DNA of 64,000 bases from a virus. A program made the translations under genes and the position numbers. Positions within the stretch are counted from its first letter, which is position 1. Every line of letters starts with the position of its first letter. The notes below the pieces were generated by a model that saw only the letters and a list, made by a program, of their open reading frames with translations, was not told the origin of the DNA and did no database searches. Where the stretch lies: IMG/VR virus record IMGVR_UViG_3300037336_000025, positions 96,001-160,000 of that record, one strand, 5' to 3'. Of this stretch, positions 39,978-51,798 are shown one piece after another.

Positions 39978-40565
39978 ATGAAAACTTTTAAAGAATATCT
40001 TGCTGAAAGCAAAAAAGCATACCCTTTTAGAGTAAAAGTCGCAGGCGAATTGCCTAAGGATTTTGAAAAAAAATTAAAGGAAATGCTCGGGGCAGCTAAT
40101 CCAACAATCATTGAAAAGTCTAAAACATCTGCTCAAGCGATTCCGTTGGATTTCCCAGAACTTGCAAACATGGAAGTGTACACATTCGAAGTGGTTTGTG
40201 AATATCCAATTACTGCACCCGAACTTGCTGTACACGTTGGCCACTTAGTGCCTGAATCTAATTTCAGAGTGCGTAACGGCGGCGACCCAGCTGAAGCAGA
40301 ACATGCTACATTTGACCTAGACCCTAGCGGTGAAGCAGTACTAGATGAAGCAGAGTACAAAAATGAAAAAATTAAACACAAAGATTATTTTGGGGATGAT
40401 TTTAACAAGAGTTTCTTAAAAGATTTAGAGAAAACGGCTAAAGCCCGTAAGAAAGAAGACGGTGTTGGGGAATACAAATTACCTAAGGCAAAACAAGACA
40501 AAGCTGGATCTATGGCTCCTATGAGCAAGATTAGTAATCCAGATCCACTTAAAGGAAAAGTATAA
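39978..40565 (+). CDS. Hypothetical head-associated protein
   Basis: The MKTFKEYLAES start is typical of T4-like internal or head proteins processed after xxE sites (inference). Confidence 0.5.
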   Translation: MKTFKEYLAESKKAYPFRVKVAGELPKDFEKKLKEMLGAANPTIIEKSKTSAQAIPLDFPELANMEVYTFEVVCEYPITAPELAVHVGHLVPESNFRVRNGGDPAEAEHATFDLDPSGEAVLDEAEYKNEKIKHKDYFGDDFNKSFLKDLEKTAKARKKEDGVGEYKLPKAKQDKAGSMAPMSKISNPDPLKGKV

Positions 40566-41371
40566 TGGATTTTAATAAATTAATGCAAACAATGCGTGAC
40601 TTAGATCGCCCGGTCAGTAACGTAGCAGTAGAAGCCTGCGGTGATTCTATGATGAGTGGAATGATGCCCCCAATGTCATCTACTCCTGCAGTAACTCCAC
40701 CATCAATGAGTGTTAATCTTAATGCACAAGGTATGGACAGCATTGAAAGTTTACTAAAGTTAATGACTAAAGTAAATCCGGATATGATCAATCAACCAAT
40801 GCCTAGTTTAACTCCTCCTGGACCTAGCATTGCACCTTTAAGTTTAGGTAATCTAGATAAAGGTCCGTTGAAGATGTTACCAGACTTTGATAAAGCAATG
40901 GGCGACCAAGATGGTGATGGTGATCACGACATGGACGATCACGATATGGAGAAAGATGAAGGCCATATGGACGCTATGCAGAAAGCAATGGGTGACCAAG
41001 ATGGTGATGGTGATCACGACATGGACGATCACGATATGGAGAAAGATGACAGTCCAATGGACGCTATGCAGAAAGCAATGGGCGACCAAGATGGCGATGG
41101 TGATCACGACATGGACGATCACAAGCTAGAAAAGAAGATGCGTGATAAAGAAAAAGACGAATCATACGCAAACGAGCCAGATCCTGAAGTTAAAAGTGTT
41201 GACTATATGAACAACCAATTAGCCGGTGGCATGAATAAGCCTAAAGGAACACATCCTAAAGTGGCTGGCGGCGACAACCCAATGAACCGTGTTAGAGAAG
41301 GCACCGACCTACGTGCTAGTATCCGTGCAGAACTATTACAAAGATTAGCAGAAGCTAAGGGAGCAAAATAA
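40565..41371 (+). CDS. Acidic protein with Asp/His/Met-rich tandem repeats
   Basis: Three KAMGDQDGDGDHDMDDH units. Confidence 0.7.
   Translation: MDFNKLMQTMRDLDRPVSNVAVEACGDSMMSGMMPPMSSTPAVTPPSMSVNLNAQGMDSIESLLKLMTKVNPDMINQPMPSLTPPGPSIAPLSLGNLDKGPLKMLPDFDKAMGDQDGDGDHDMDDHDMEKDEGHMDAMQKAMGDQDGDGDHDMDDHDMEKDDSPMDAMQKAMGDQDGDGDHDMDDHKLEKKMRDKEKDESYANEPDPEVKSVDYMNNQLAGGMNKPKGTHPKVAGGDNPMNRVREGTDLRASIRAELLQRLAEAKGAK
40892..41123 (+). repeat. Near-perfect coding tandem repeat, 90-bp unit, about 2.6 copies
   Basis: AAAGCAATGGG(C/T)GACCAAGATGG starts at 40892, 40982 and 41072. Confidence 0.92.
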
Positions 41372-41811
41372 TGGCAGATTTATATGGAACAACCGCGGGC
41401 GGCACAGCAGTTAATGTTGACGCCAATGCAAGAAGAGTATTAGGAGATGGCGCAGCAGGAGTTGGACCATATACAAGTTTTGGTACTCCTACGCTAACGG
41501 CAATTAAGATTGTTTCAGCAACTATTAACTTTACCACAACACCTACAGTTGCTAACAGTAATATGTCTAAGGCACTTACAGGACTTCAAAGCCGTGCAGA
41601 GATTTATTACGCAGGCAAGCCAACAGCATCCGGTGCTAATCAGTTTGTAGCGCTAATTCACTCTGAAGATACTGGAGACGGCTACGGAGCATCAACAAGT
41701 TTTGACGGATCTTATGAAAATCTTGAAGATGCAATTGGCGCAGCACTTGGTGTTGCAGAAAATGATATCACAATTACTGAAGTGGCATTGACTGGGTTAT
41801 CTTTCGCTTAA
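41371..41811 (+). CDS. Hypothetical, possibly virion, protein
   Basis: 146 aa, Ala/Gly/Thr-rich; TAATG-coupled; followed by a terminator. Confidence 0.55.
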   Translation: MADLYGTTAGGTAVNVDANARRVLGDGAAGVGPYTSFGTPTLTAIKIVSATINFTTTPTVANSNMSKALTGLQSRAEIYYAGKPTASGANQFVALIHSEDTGDGYGASTSFDGSYENLEDAIGAALGVAENDITITEVALTGLSFA

Positions 41812-41826
41812 TACAGCTATAAAACC

Positions 41827-41854
41827 AAATAGGCTCTTCGGAGCCTATTTTTTT
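41827..41854 (+). terminator. Rho-independent terminator with cUUCGg loop
   Basis: AAATAGGCTC-TTCG-GAGCCTATTT followed by TTTT. Confidence 0.92.
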
Positions 41855-41868
41855 CAGTAAATAACAAT

Positions 41869-42507
41869 ATGGCAAAATCACTAGACGGTAATTTAATTAA
41901 GAAAGCACATGCTCCGATCCGATACACGTTAGAGGAAGTTAAGCATCTTGAAGCATGTATGCATCCGGTAGACGGTCCGTTATACTTCTGTAAAAACTTT
42001 TTAAAGATTCAACATCCTGTACGTGGATCGATTAAGTTTGAACCGTATGAATACCAAGAGAGGCTAATACAGTCATACCACAACTACAAACAGTCTATTG
42101 GTATGCTGCCTCGTCAGATGGGTAAGACTACTTGCGCTACGGGATATTTACTATGGTACACAATGTTTGTGCCAGAAGCACAAGTATTAATTGCTGCTCA
42201 TAAGTACGAAGGTGCGCAGGATATTATGAATCGTTACCGATTCGGTTATGAGAACTTGCCCGACTTTATTCGTGCAGGTGTATACAGCTACAACAGAAAC
42301 ACAATTGAATACGACAACGGCGCACGTATTCAAGCAACTACTACAACAGAAAACACTGGTCGTGGTAAGTCTCTATCTCTAATTTATTGCCTAGATGGAG
42401 ACACTACTACGGTTCGAGTTCGAAGTAAATTAACATTAGTTGAAGAGGATATAACGTTGACTGCGCTGTATGCTAGGCTAAACAGCAATGCTAAAATTAT
42501 CGAATGA
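41869..42507 (+). CDS. terL: Terminase large subunit N-part (173 aa) fused to split-intein N fragment
   Basis: YQERL adenine-binding motif, PRQMGKTT Walker A, TGRGKSLSLIY, then CLDGDT; ends 39 aa later. TAAATA at 41858. Confidence 0.93.
   Translation: MAKSLDGNLIKKAHAPIRYTLEEVKHLEACMHPVDGPLYFCKNFLKIQHPVRGSIKFEPYEYQERLIQSYHNYKQSIGMLPRQMGKTTCATGYLLWYTMFVPEAQVLIAAHKYEGAQDIMNRYRFGYENLPDFIRAGVYSYNRNTIEYDNGARIQATTTTENTGRGKSLSLIYCLDGDTTTVRVRSKLTLVEEDITLTALYARLNSNAKIIE
42388..42504 (+). mobile_element. Split intein N fragment (IntN, 39 aa)
   Basis: Block A CLDGDTTTV starts at TGC 42388, exactly at the Walker B Cys position; includes EEDITLTALY. Confidence 0.88.
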
Positions 42508-42521
42508 CGAGTTCGCATTTG

Positions 42522-42529
42522 TATAAATA
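42522..42529 (+). promoter_or_regulatory. Full T4 late promoter TATAAATA for the HNH gene
   Basis: Exact TATAAATA, 4 nt before ATG 42534. Confidence 0.75.
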
Positions 42530-42533
42530 CTGT

Positions 42534-44799
<2,266 letters not shown>

Positions 44800-44810
44800 T
44801 AAATATAACT

Positions 44811-46550
44811 ATGGACGCAACTAACAACATCGCAACAGATTTATTCTACAAAATTCGTAGCAGATTCTCTGGTCTAAAATTAGGTACAGAAATTGGCGAA
44901 ATTACTATAAATCCACAAGACGCACGTTTCTTTGATTTTGACTATATGGAAGGTGAAACTCCTATTGGTCATGTTAGCATTAGTCTAGCAGAAGATAATT
45001 CCATAAAGATTTACTTCAGTCACGGAATTACAGAATCAATGGACGCAGAGCAAAAAGATAATTGGTACGGATTCCTAAAAGAATTACGTATGTTTGCCAA
45101 GCGTAGATTACTAAACTTTGACACTAGAGATATTGCCAAAGACAACCTAGATAAAAGAGATTACAAATTTTTAACTCGTAATGCTCAACCTAAACAAGAA
45201 GCACAAAATTCAGTTCCAGTCGGAGAAGGCGTTATGGCAGAAAGCACAATGTACGGTACTAAAAGCGTTAGTTACCAAAAATTAGAAAATACACGATTGA
45301 TTGTTAAACACAGTCAAAAGTTAAATGACGATATGGCACCGGGTGCCAGAAGTCGTAATATCGCTGGCTTGTTTGTAGAAAACGCAGACGGTGAAAGATT
45401 TAAATATCCATTCATTCACTTAGCAGGCGCCCGTGCTATGCAACGCCATGTGGCTAACGGTGGCTTACCGTACGATGCCATTGGTGAAAGCATCATTAAG
45501 ATGAGTGAAGAGATTGCACAATTAAAGAGCTTTGGCAATTATGTTGTACGCAATGATCTAATGAACAGCGACACGAACAGTGTTGTTGAGCGTAGTACAC
45601 AAGCACTTAACGGATTACGTGAGCAAATAAAAGCACTATCAAAACAAGGCCACTATGAGGCTTACAAAGAAAGTTTCCAGGCACAGCAACCTATGGAAGT
45701 TCCGCAAGAAATTGCAGAACAATTTAAAGATCAATTTACAGTGAAGAATTTCAAAGAAGATATGGCCGCAGTATTTCCTGTACTGTATCGTTTAATGAAA
45801 GAAAGTGAACTAGGCTACGACGACATAGTCGCCATGACACAAGAAGAAATCCAAACTGAAGACGAGGATTTCAACGCAGACCGCTATGACCCATTTGCAA
45901 AGTTTGAACAATGGGCTATGAATTTAGGCGAAGAAAGCGCAATACAAAGCCAAGATGAAGAAGAACAGGCAGCAGCAGCACAACAATTACAAGAGTTAGT
46001 TAGCCAGGCATTCCCCGCAGGCGTAGACGGTTCTAATGCAATTGAAAGTCTTAAAGGCATCATAGATGATCCACGATTAGAAGAAGAAATTAAGACGCAA
46101 TCTAAAGAAGATCCGGAAGCAGATGTAAGAGGCCTAGTACAAGTATGGCTGGAAGCCAATGCTCCAGAAGTGTTAGAGGTATTAGATTTTGGTGATTTTC
46201 AACCAGAACCAGTGGGCGGTGAGCCGGCGACAGACCAAGGGGGTGAAGAAACTGCGCCAGAAGAAGTCCCACAGGAATCGGAAGAACAATCGCCGGAAGA
46301 ACATAGTGGCAAGATGAACGTACAAGAATTAGCTGAGTTTATGCACAGCTTTTATGATAAAGATTCAGGCACATTTCCCAAAGGCCCAGAAGGCGTTTGC
46401 ACTATGGTAGGTAAGAAGTTTGGTGAGCAGGCAGAAACGGTGGCTCGTAAGATGGCTGAAAGAATGGCGCCGCAACAACAAGCCCCAGAACCAGCAGAGA
46501 ATCCAGAGCTAGCTCGTATTAAAGCACTATCAGGCATGTACAGTATGTAA
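44811..46550 (+). CDS. Hypothetical protein with acidic C-terminal half
   Basis: 579 aa from ATG 44811, 5 nt after TAAATA 44800; no motif recognised. Confidence 0.6.
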   Translation: MDATNNIATDLFYKIRSRFSGLKLGTEIGEITINPQDARFFDFDYMEGETPIGHVSISLAEDNSIKIYFSHGITESMDAEQKDNWYGFLKELRMFAKRRLLNFDTRDIAKDNLDKRDYKFLTRNAQPKQEAQNSVPVGEGVMAESTMYGTKSVSYQKLENTRLIVKHSQKLNDDMAPGARSRNIAGLFVENADGERFKYPFIHLAGARAMQRHVANGGLPYDAIGESIIKMSEEIAQLKSFGNYVVRNDLMNSDTNSVVERSTQALNGLREQIKALSKQGHYEAYKESFQAQQPMEVPQEIAEQFKDQFTVKNFKEDMAAVFPVLYRLMKESELGYDDIVAMTQEEIQTEDEDFNADRYDPFAKFEQWAMNLGEESAIQSQDEEEQAAAAQQLQELVSQAFPAGVDGSNAIESLKGIIDDPRLEEEIKTQSKEDPEADVRGLVQVWLEANAPEVLEVLDFGDFQPEPVGGEPATDQGGEETAPEEVPQESEEQSPEEHSGKMNVQELAEFMHSFYDKDSGTFPKGPEGVCTMVGKKFGEQAETVARKMAERMAPQQQAPEPAENPELARIKALSGMYSM

Positions 46551-46565
46551 GCAGCGATGCTTCAT

Positions 46566-46595
46566 GAAAAGGACTTTTCGAAGTCCTTTTCTTTT
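46566..46595 (+). terminator. Rho-independent terminator
   Basis: GAAAAGGACTT-TTCG-AAGTCCTTTTC followed by TTTT. Confidence 0.88.
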
Positions 46596-46629
46596 GGCTT
46601 AATAAAACCAATAAAGTAGTAGATAATCG

Positions 46630-46658
46630 TTGACAATACTAAATAAAAAGCGCATAAT
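46630..46658 (+). promoter_or_regulatory. Sigma70-type promoter with a TAAATA nested in the spacer
   Basis: TTGACA (46630-46635), 17 nt, CATAAT (46653-46658); TAAATA at 46640-46645. Confidence 0.7.
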
Positions 46659-46719
46659 AGCTTATGTGCATTAAGGCATATACAACATTTTTATTTTAGG
46701 CTATAGGAGGCATACAAAA

Positions 46720-47724
46720 ATGGCATCACTCGCAGAAATCCGTGCTAAACTCGCAGAAGCACAATCAAAGTCCACAGGACAATCCACCGGCGGTGGAGAC
46801 AACGCAATTTACCCACATTGGAACATGGCTGAAGGTAAGGAAGCAGTAATTCGCTTGCTACCCGATGGCAATTCTGCCAATACATTCTTCTGGGTAGAAC
46901 GTGCAATGATCAAGTTGCCGTTCGCAGGTATTAAAGGTGAAACTGACAGTCGTCCAGTTCAAGTACAAGTTCCTTGTATTGAAATGTACAATGACGGTAC
47001 TGTTTGTCCGATCTTATCAGAAGTACGTGGTTGGTTTAAAGATAAATCTTTAGAAGACATGGGTCGTAAGTACTGGAAAAAGCGTTCATACATTTTCCAA
47101 GGCTTTGTTGTTGAAGATCCTATTCGTGAAGAAAAGACTCCGGCAAACCCAATTCGTCGATTCATCATTGGTCCTCAAATCTTTCAAATTATCCGTTCAG
47201 CATTGATGGATCCAGAATTGGAAGAGTTGCCAACTGACTACCTGAAAGGTGTAGACTTTCGTATTGCTAAGACATCTAAAGGTGGCTTCGCTGATTACTC
47301 TACTTCAAAGTGGAGCCGTCGTGAACGTGCATTGACAGAAGTTGAAGCAAGTGCATTGGCAACAAATGAGTTGTACACTCTCAGCGACTTCCTGCCTAAA
47401 AAGCCAACTGATGTTGAGCTTAAGGTCATGAAGGAAATGTTTGAAGCATCAGTTGATGGCGAAGCATATGACCTGGAACGTTGGGGTCAGTATTACAAGC
47501 CAGCGGGTATGGGTCAAGCAACTGGCGATCCGCATCGTGCAACTGCTAACACAGCTACACCAGCTGCTAAAGCTAGTGCAGACTATGCAGACAGCGAGCC
47601 TGCTCCTGTAGCAAGAGTTACTCAAGCACCAACACCAGTAGCTGCACCAGCAGCAACAACAGGTGGCGATAGTCGTGCGCAAGACATTCTTGCAATGATT
47701 CGTAATCGCAAAGCAGCAGAGTAA
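46720..47724 (+). CDS. gp32: Single-stranded DNA-binding protein (gp32-like)
   Basis: AVIRLLPD, CP.C-like VCPIL, RKYWKKRSY, FIIGPQIF, GVDFRIAKT..GGFADYSTSKW; GGAGG Shine-Dalgarno. Confidence 0.85.
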   Translation: MASLAEIRAKLAEAQSKSTGQSTGGGDNAIYPHWNMAEGKEAVIRLLPDGNSANTFFWVERAMIKLPFAGIKGETDSRPVQVQVPCIEMYNDGTVCPILSEVRGWFKDKSLEDMGRKYWKKRSYIFQGFVVEDPIREEKTPANPIRRFIIGPQIFQIIRSALMDPELEELPTDYLKGVDFRIAKTSKGGFADYSTSKWSRRERALTEVEASALATNELYTLSDFLPKKPTDVELKVMKEMFEASVDGEAYDLERWGQYYKPAGMGQATGDPHRATANTATPAAKASADYADSEPAPVARVTQAPTPVAAPAATTGGDSRAQDILAMIRNRKAAE

Positions 47725-47733
47725 GCAACATAA

Positions 47734-47762
47734 AAGAGTGGGACAGGTTCCCACTCTTCTTC
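47734..47762 (+). terminator. Probable terminator hairpin
   Basis: AAGAGTGGGA-caggt-TCCCACTCTT followed by CTT. Confidence 0.7.
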
Positions 47763-47778
47763 ATTTACAGGGACTAAT

Positions 47779-48858
47779 ATGGCAAAAGCATTTGATATTT
47801 CTAAATTTAGAAAGTCAATCACTAAATCAATCGAAGGTTTAAGTATTGGCTTTAACGACCCAACAGATTGGGTTAGTACAAACAACTACGCATTGAACTA
47901 TCTTATCAGTGGACACTTTGATCGAGGCATTCCACTAGGCAAGGTTACAGTATTTGCTGGAGAATCTGGTGCAGGTAAATCTTTTATCTGTTCGGGCAAT
48001 CTAGTTAAGAACGCACAAGCACAAGGCATCTATCCTATCTTGATTGATACAGAGAATGCGCTTGATGAAAAATGGCTACATGCTCTTGGTGTTGATACAA
48101 GTCCAGATAAGTTGCTAAAACTTAACATGGCTATGATTGACGATGTAGCAAAGACTATCACAGAGTTTATTTCAGAGTACAAAACAATGGACGAACTTGA
48201 TCGTCCTAAAGTATTGTTTATCGTTGATAGCTTGGGCATGTTGTTGACTCCAACCGATGTTAATCAATTCCAAGCAGGTGATATGAAAGGTGATATGGGC
48301 CGTAAGCCTAAGGCACTAACCGCACTTGTTCGTAACTGTGTTAATATGTTTGGTGCTTACAACATTGGTATGGTATGTACTAATCACACATACGCATCAC
48401 AAGATATGTTTGATCCGGATGATAAAATCAGTGGCGGCCAAGGCTTTATCTACGCAAGTTCAATTGTTGTCGCTATGCGCAAGTTAAAGTTGAAACTTGA
48501 TGCAGACGGTAACAAAACTTCAACTGTGCAAGGTATTCGTGCAGCTTGTAAGATTATGAAAACACGTTATGCAAAGCCGTTTGAAAGTGTACAGGTTGAG
48601 ATTCCTTATGAAACAGGTATGAGTCCATATAGTGGATTAGTCGACTTGTTCGAAGCTAAAGGGATGCTCAAGAAAGAAGGTAACAGCCTAGTATACATAA
48701 CCAGTGATGGCGAAATTATCAAACAGTTCCGTAAGCCGTGGGAACGTAATGAAAAGAAAGGTCTCGATGTTATTATGGCAGACATTTCGAAACATGGCGA
48801 AAAATCCGATTCAGAGATAACTACTATTGTTGAACCTGAAACGGAGATTACTGAATGA
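47779..48858 (+). CDS. uvsX: RecA-like recombinase UvsX
   Basis: GESGAGKS Walker A, LIDTENA, IVDSLG, TNHTY, ISGGQGFIYASS, KTRYAKP. Confidence 0.95.
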   Translation: MAKAFDISKFRKSITKSIEGLSIGFNDPTDWVSTNNYALNYLISGHFDRGIPLGKVTVFAGESGAGKSFICSGNLVKNAQAQGIYPILIDTENALDEKWLHALGVDTSPDKLLKLNMAMIDDVAKTITEFISEYKTMDELDRPKVLFIVDSLGMLLTPTDVNQFQAGDMKGDMGRKPKALTALVRNCVNMFGAYNIGMVCTNHTYASQDMFDPDDKISGGQGFIYASSIVVAMRKLKLKLDADGNKTSTVQGIRAACKIMKTRYAKPFESVQVEIPYETGMSPYSGLVDLFEAKGMLKKEGNSLVYITSDGEIIKQFRKPWERNEKKGLDVIMADISKHGEKSDSEITTIVEPETEITE

Positions 48859-49085
48859 AAGAAGATTTAATTACGGATATTTGGACTATTGTTATTGAAC
48901 ATATCCCTGAGAAAGCAAGAAAAGATGTTGCAGCAGATTTTGTAAACGCTTTGCTCGATCATGGGATTAAAGAAAGCGTACTAGAAAGTTTAATGGGCGT
49001 AGATCCATATCTAGATCAGGCTATTGAATATGCAGTAGACGGTGAAGAAATCGAAGAACAAGACGAAGAAGATTACGAGGATTAA
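48855..49085 (+). CDS. Small acidic hypothetical protein
   Basis: 76 aa; ATGA-coupled to uvsX. Confidence 0.6.
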   Translation: MKEDLITDIWTIVIEHIPEKARKDVAADFVNALLDHGIKESVLESLMGVDPYLDQAIEYAVDGEEIEEQDEEDYED

Positions 49086-49541
49086 ATGAACTGGTACCAC
49101 AAGGTTAGTAAAGATATAAGCAATATTCCCGATGCTGTGGCTTATTATGAAGCTGAATTAATTCATGCAAAACAAGATGTCCGCATAGCGGGAAACATTG
49201 AGAAGGCAAGTTCGCAAATGCCCGGCATTGTAGAAAATCGCTTTAATCAACTTCAAGAAATTGAAGGTATCCTTGAGTACTTACACATTGAACTTCGTAG
49301 ACTTCGTAGTCAATATTTTCGCAAGTATCTTGAAAATTATCAACGAGCTTTATCTTCTAGGGACTGTGAAAAGTTCGTAGAAGGTGAAGCTGACGTTGTA
49401 GACTTTGAAAAAATTATCAACGATTTTGCCCTATTACGTAACAAGTGGTTGGGCATTATTAAAGCACTTGATCAGAAACAATGGCATCTAAGCAATATTG
49501 TTAAATTACGAGTATCAGGATTAGAAGACGCCAGTCTTTAA
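49086..49541 (+). CDS. uvsY: Recombination mediator UvsY-like
   Basis: Helical; YFRKYLENYQRALSSRDCEKFVEGEAD...KALDQKQWHLSNIVKL. Confidence 0.75.
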   Translation: MNWYHKVSKDISNIPDAVAYYEAELIHAKQDVRIAGNIEKASSQMPGIVENRFNQLQEIEGILEYLHIELRRLRSQYFRKYLENYQRALSSRDCEKFVEGEADVVDFEKIINDFALLRNKWLGIIKALDQKQWHLSNIVKLRVSGLEDASL

Positions 49542-49574
49542 ACACAGCTATAATAGTAGCAGATAAATATCTGC

Positions 49575-50336
49575 ATGAAACGTATTATACTTGTCACTGG
49601 TGGATTTGATCCACTACATTCTGGGCACATTGCCTACTTCAACGCAGCAAAAGAGTTAGGCGATGTTTTAGTCGTTGGTATCAATAGTGACGGCTGGCTA
49701 GAGCGTAAGAAGGGCCAAGCCTTTATGCCTAGCGCAGAGCGTGTTACGATTATAGAAAACCTAAAAATGGTTAGTCATTGCATCCTGTTTAACGATGATG
49801 ACAACACTGCTATAGAAGCCATCCGCAATGTTAAGATGCTGTATCCCAATGATCGTATTATTTTCGCCAACGGCGGAGATCGAACATTAGATAATATTCC
49901 AGAAATGGATAGCGGTGTAGACAACATAGAATTTGTATTCGGAGTCGGCGGCGAAGATAAAAAAAATTCTAGTAGCTGGATATTGCAAGAATGGAAGGCT
50001 CCTAAAACTGAACGACAATGGGGATATTATCGAGTCCTGCATGAAGTTCCGGGAATGAAAGTTAAAGAACTTACAGTTAATCCCGGATGCAGTCTTAGTA
50101 TGCAGCGGCATCAACTACGTGCAGAATATTGGATTGTTAGCGAAGGCAATGCAGTAATTAATAGCCAAATGAGCAGCGGTTATGTATTGCCTGCAACAGT
50201 CCTAGTACCACATGAAGAATACAATGTACCTGTTAGAGAATGGCATCAATTAACAAACCCGTTCGATGTTCCTGTTAAAGTTGTTGAAATACAATACGGC
50301 AATAGTTGTGTCGAAGAAGACATTGAAAGAAAATGA
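49575..50336 (+). CDS. Cytidylyltransferase-like (HIGH) domain fused to a mannose-6-phosphate isomerase-type cupin
   Basis: TGGFDPLHSGH, VVGINSD.WL.RKKG, FANGGDR, KNSSS, then ERQWGYY...LSMQRH..RAEYW...WHQL.N...VEIQYG. Confidence 0.88.
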   Translation: MKRIILVTGGFDPLHSGHIAYFNAAKELGDVLVVGINSDGWLERKKGQAFMPSAERVTIIENLKMVSHCILFNDDDNTAIEAIRNVKMLYPNDRIIFANGGDRTLDNIPEMDSGVDNIEFVFGVGGEDKKNSSSWILQEWKAPKTERQWGYYRVLHEVPGMKVKELTVNPGCSLSMQRHQLRAEYWIVSEGNAVINSQMSSGYVLPATVLVPHEEYNVPVREWHQLTNPFDVPVKVVEIQYGNSCVEEDIERK

Positions 50337-51007
50337 TTAACGTATTCATTGGGTACGACACTCGTGAGGACATTGCATATCAGGTGTGTAAACACAGCAT
50401 TCTGAGCAAACAGTCCAATGCGGTTGTTACGCCGTTAGTACAAAAAGAACTTAGAGATTCTGGTTGGTATACGCGATCAATTGACAAACTTGCAAGCACT
50501 GAATTTACATTTACACGATTTTTAGTCCCGCAACTTTGCAATTTTAACGGTTGGGCAGTGTTTATGGACTGTGATGTGATCTTAACTACAGATATTGAAG
50601 AACTAGTTGCACAAGCAGATGACCGGTATGCAGTTATGTGTGTGCAACATGACTATACTCCTAAAGAAGGCACTAAGATGGACGGCCGGGCTCAAACGGT
50701 TTATCCCCGCAAGAATTGGTCAAGTGTGATGCTAATAAATTGCGGGCATCCTAGTAATCGAGTACTGAATATAGATCTTGTAAATGATCCCGAAATTAAT
50801 GGTGCATATTTGCATCGTTTTAGTTGGCTCAAAGATGAGGAAATTGGAAAATTAGATCATACTTGGAACTATCTAGTAGGAGTTTATAACGACATTACCC
50901 GTCCTAAACTAATACACTATACAGAAGGCGGCCCTTGGTTTGAAAACTACCGTAATTGTGAATTCCATAATGAGTGGAAAGACGAATTGTTTGAAATGAT
51001 GAAATGA
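50333..51007 (+). CDS. GT-A glycosyltransferase (GT8-like)
   Basis: VFIGYD.RE, STEFTFTRF, FMDCD (DxD), KNWSSVML, WNYLVG, IHYTEGGPW. Confidence 0.8.
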   Translation: MINVFIGYDTREDIAYQVCKHSILSKQSNAVVTPLVQKELRDSGWYTRSIDKLASTEFTFTRFLVPQLCNFNGWAVFMDCDVILTTDIEELVAQADDRYAVMCVQHDYTPKEGTKMDGRAQTVYPRKNWSSVMLINCGHPSNRVLNIDLVNDPEINGAYLHRFSWLKDEEIGKLDHTWNYLVGVYNDITRPKLIHYTEGGPWFENYRNCEFHNEWKDELFEMMK

Positions 51008-51798
51008 TATTTCTAAGTAAAGACGGACAAGACGAATATATTAATATGTTTGCCAAGGGATGCAACGGCGTTCCGATAGACACTGAAAAGTTTGTCTACG
51101 CAGAATCTACTGATCCTATAGTATTACGTGGCATTCTCAAACATAAAATAATGAAACAATGCTGGCAAGATAGTAGAGATTTCTACTACATTGATACTGG
51201 TTATTTTGGAAATGAACGCAACACTAACAATCCTAACGGATGGAAATATTGGCACCGCATTGTAAAGAATGACTTACAACACAGCAATATTATTACTAGG
51301 CCCGACGACAGATTTAAACAGTTTGATAAAAAGTTTAGACCATGGAAAAAAGACGGACGTAAGATTTTAATTGCGGCTCCGGACGAAAAACCTTGTAAGT
51401 TCTACAGTATTACTAAAGACGAGTGGATAAAACAAACTGTAGACAATATCAAGCAATACACTGATCGTCCTATTGAAGTTAGAGAACGAGCAGCAAAGCG
51501 CATTGATAGAATTGCTAATGACACTCTTCAAAATGCATTAGATAACGACGTATTTGCTCTAGTTACTTACAATAGCGTAGCCGCAATAGAAAGTATATTT
51601 CATGGTATACCTGCATTTACATTAGCTCCGACTAATGCTGCGAGTCCTGTAGCATTACAGGACCTAAGTCAGATAGACACGCCCTACTATACAGATCACG
51701 ATAAATTATATGCATGGGCTTGCCATTTATCGTATGGTCAGTTCCATAATGATGAAATGAAAAATGGAAAAGCATGGAGAATATTACGTGAAAGTTAA
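51004..51798 (+). CDS. Capsule-biosynthesis (KpsS/KpsC-like) GT-B protein 1
   Basis: YYIDTGY, EVRER, LVTYNSVAAIESIFHGIP, WACHLSYGQF. Confidence 0.6.
   Translation: MIFLSKDGQDEYINMFAKGCNGVPIDTEKFVYAESTDPIVLRGILKHKIMKQCWQDSRDFYYIDTGYFGNERNTNNPNGWKYWHRIVKNDLQHSNIITRPDDRFKQFDKKFRPWKKDGRKILIAAPDEKPCKFYSITKDEWIKQTVDNIKQYTDRPIEVRERAAKRIDRIANDTLQNALDNDVFALVTYNSVAAIESIFHGIPAFTLAPTNAASPVALQDLSQIDTPYYTDHDKLYAWACHLSYGQFHNDEMKNGKAWRILRES

Noticed and set aside
40892-41123. Regularly spaced repeats resembling a CRISPR array (also 26995..27219)
   Set aside because: The units are contiguous in-frame 90-bp coding repeats with no unique spacers and no cas genes.
46659-46719. T4-like autoregulatory pseudoknot in the gp32 leader
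   Set aside because: The only pairing I found (CTTA/TAAG with TGTGC/GCATA) needs zero-length loops and is sterically implausible. The AT-rich leader alone is not sufficient evidence.
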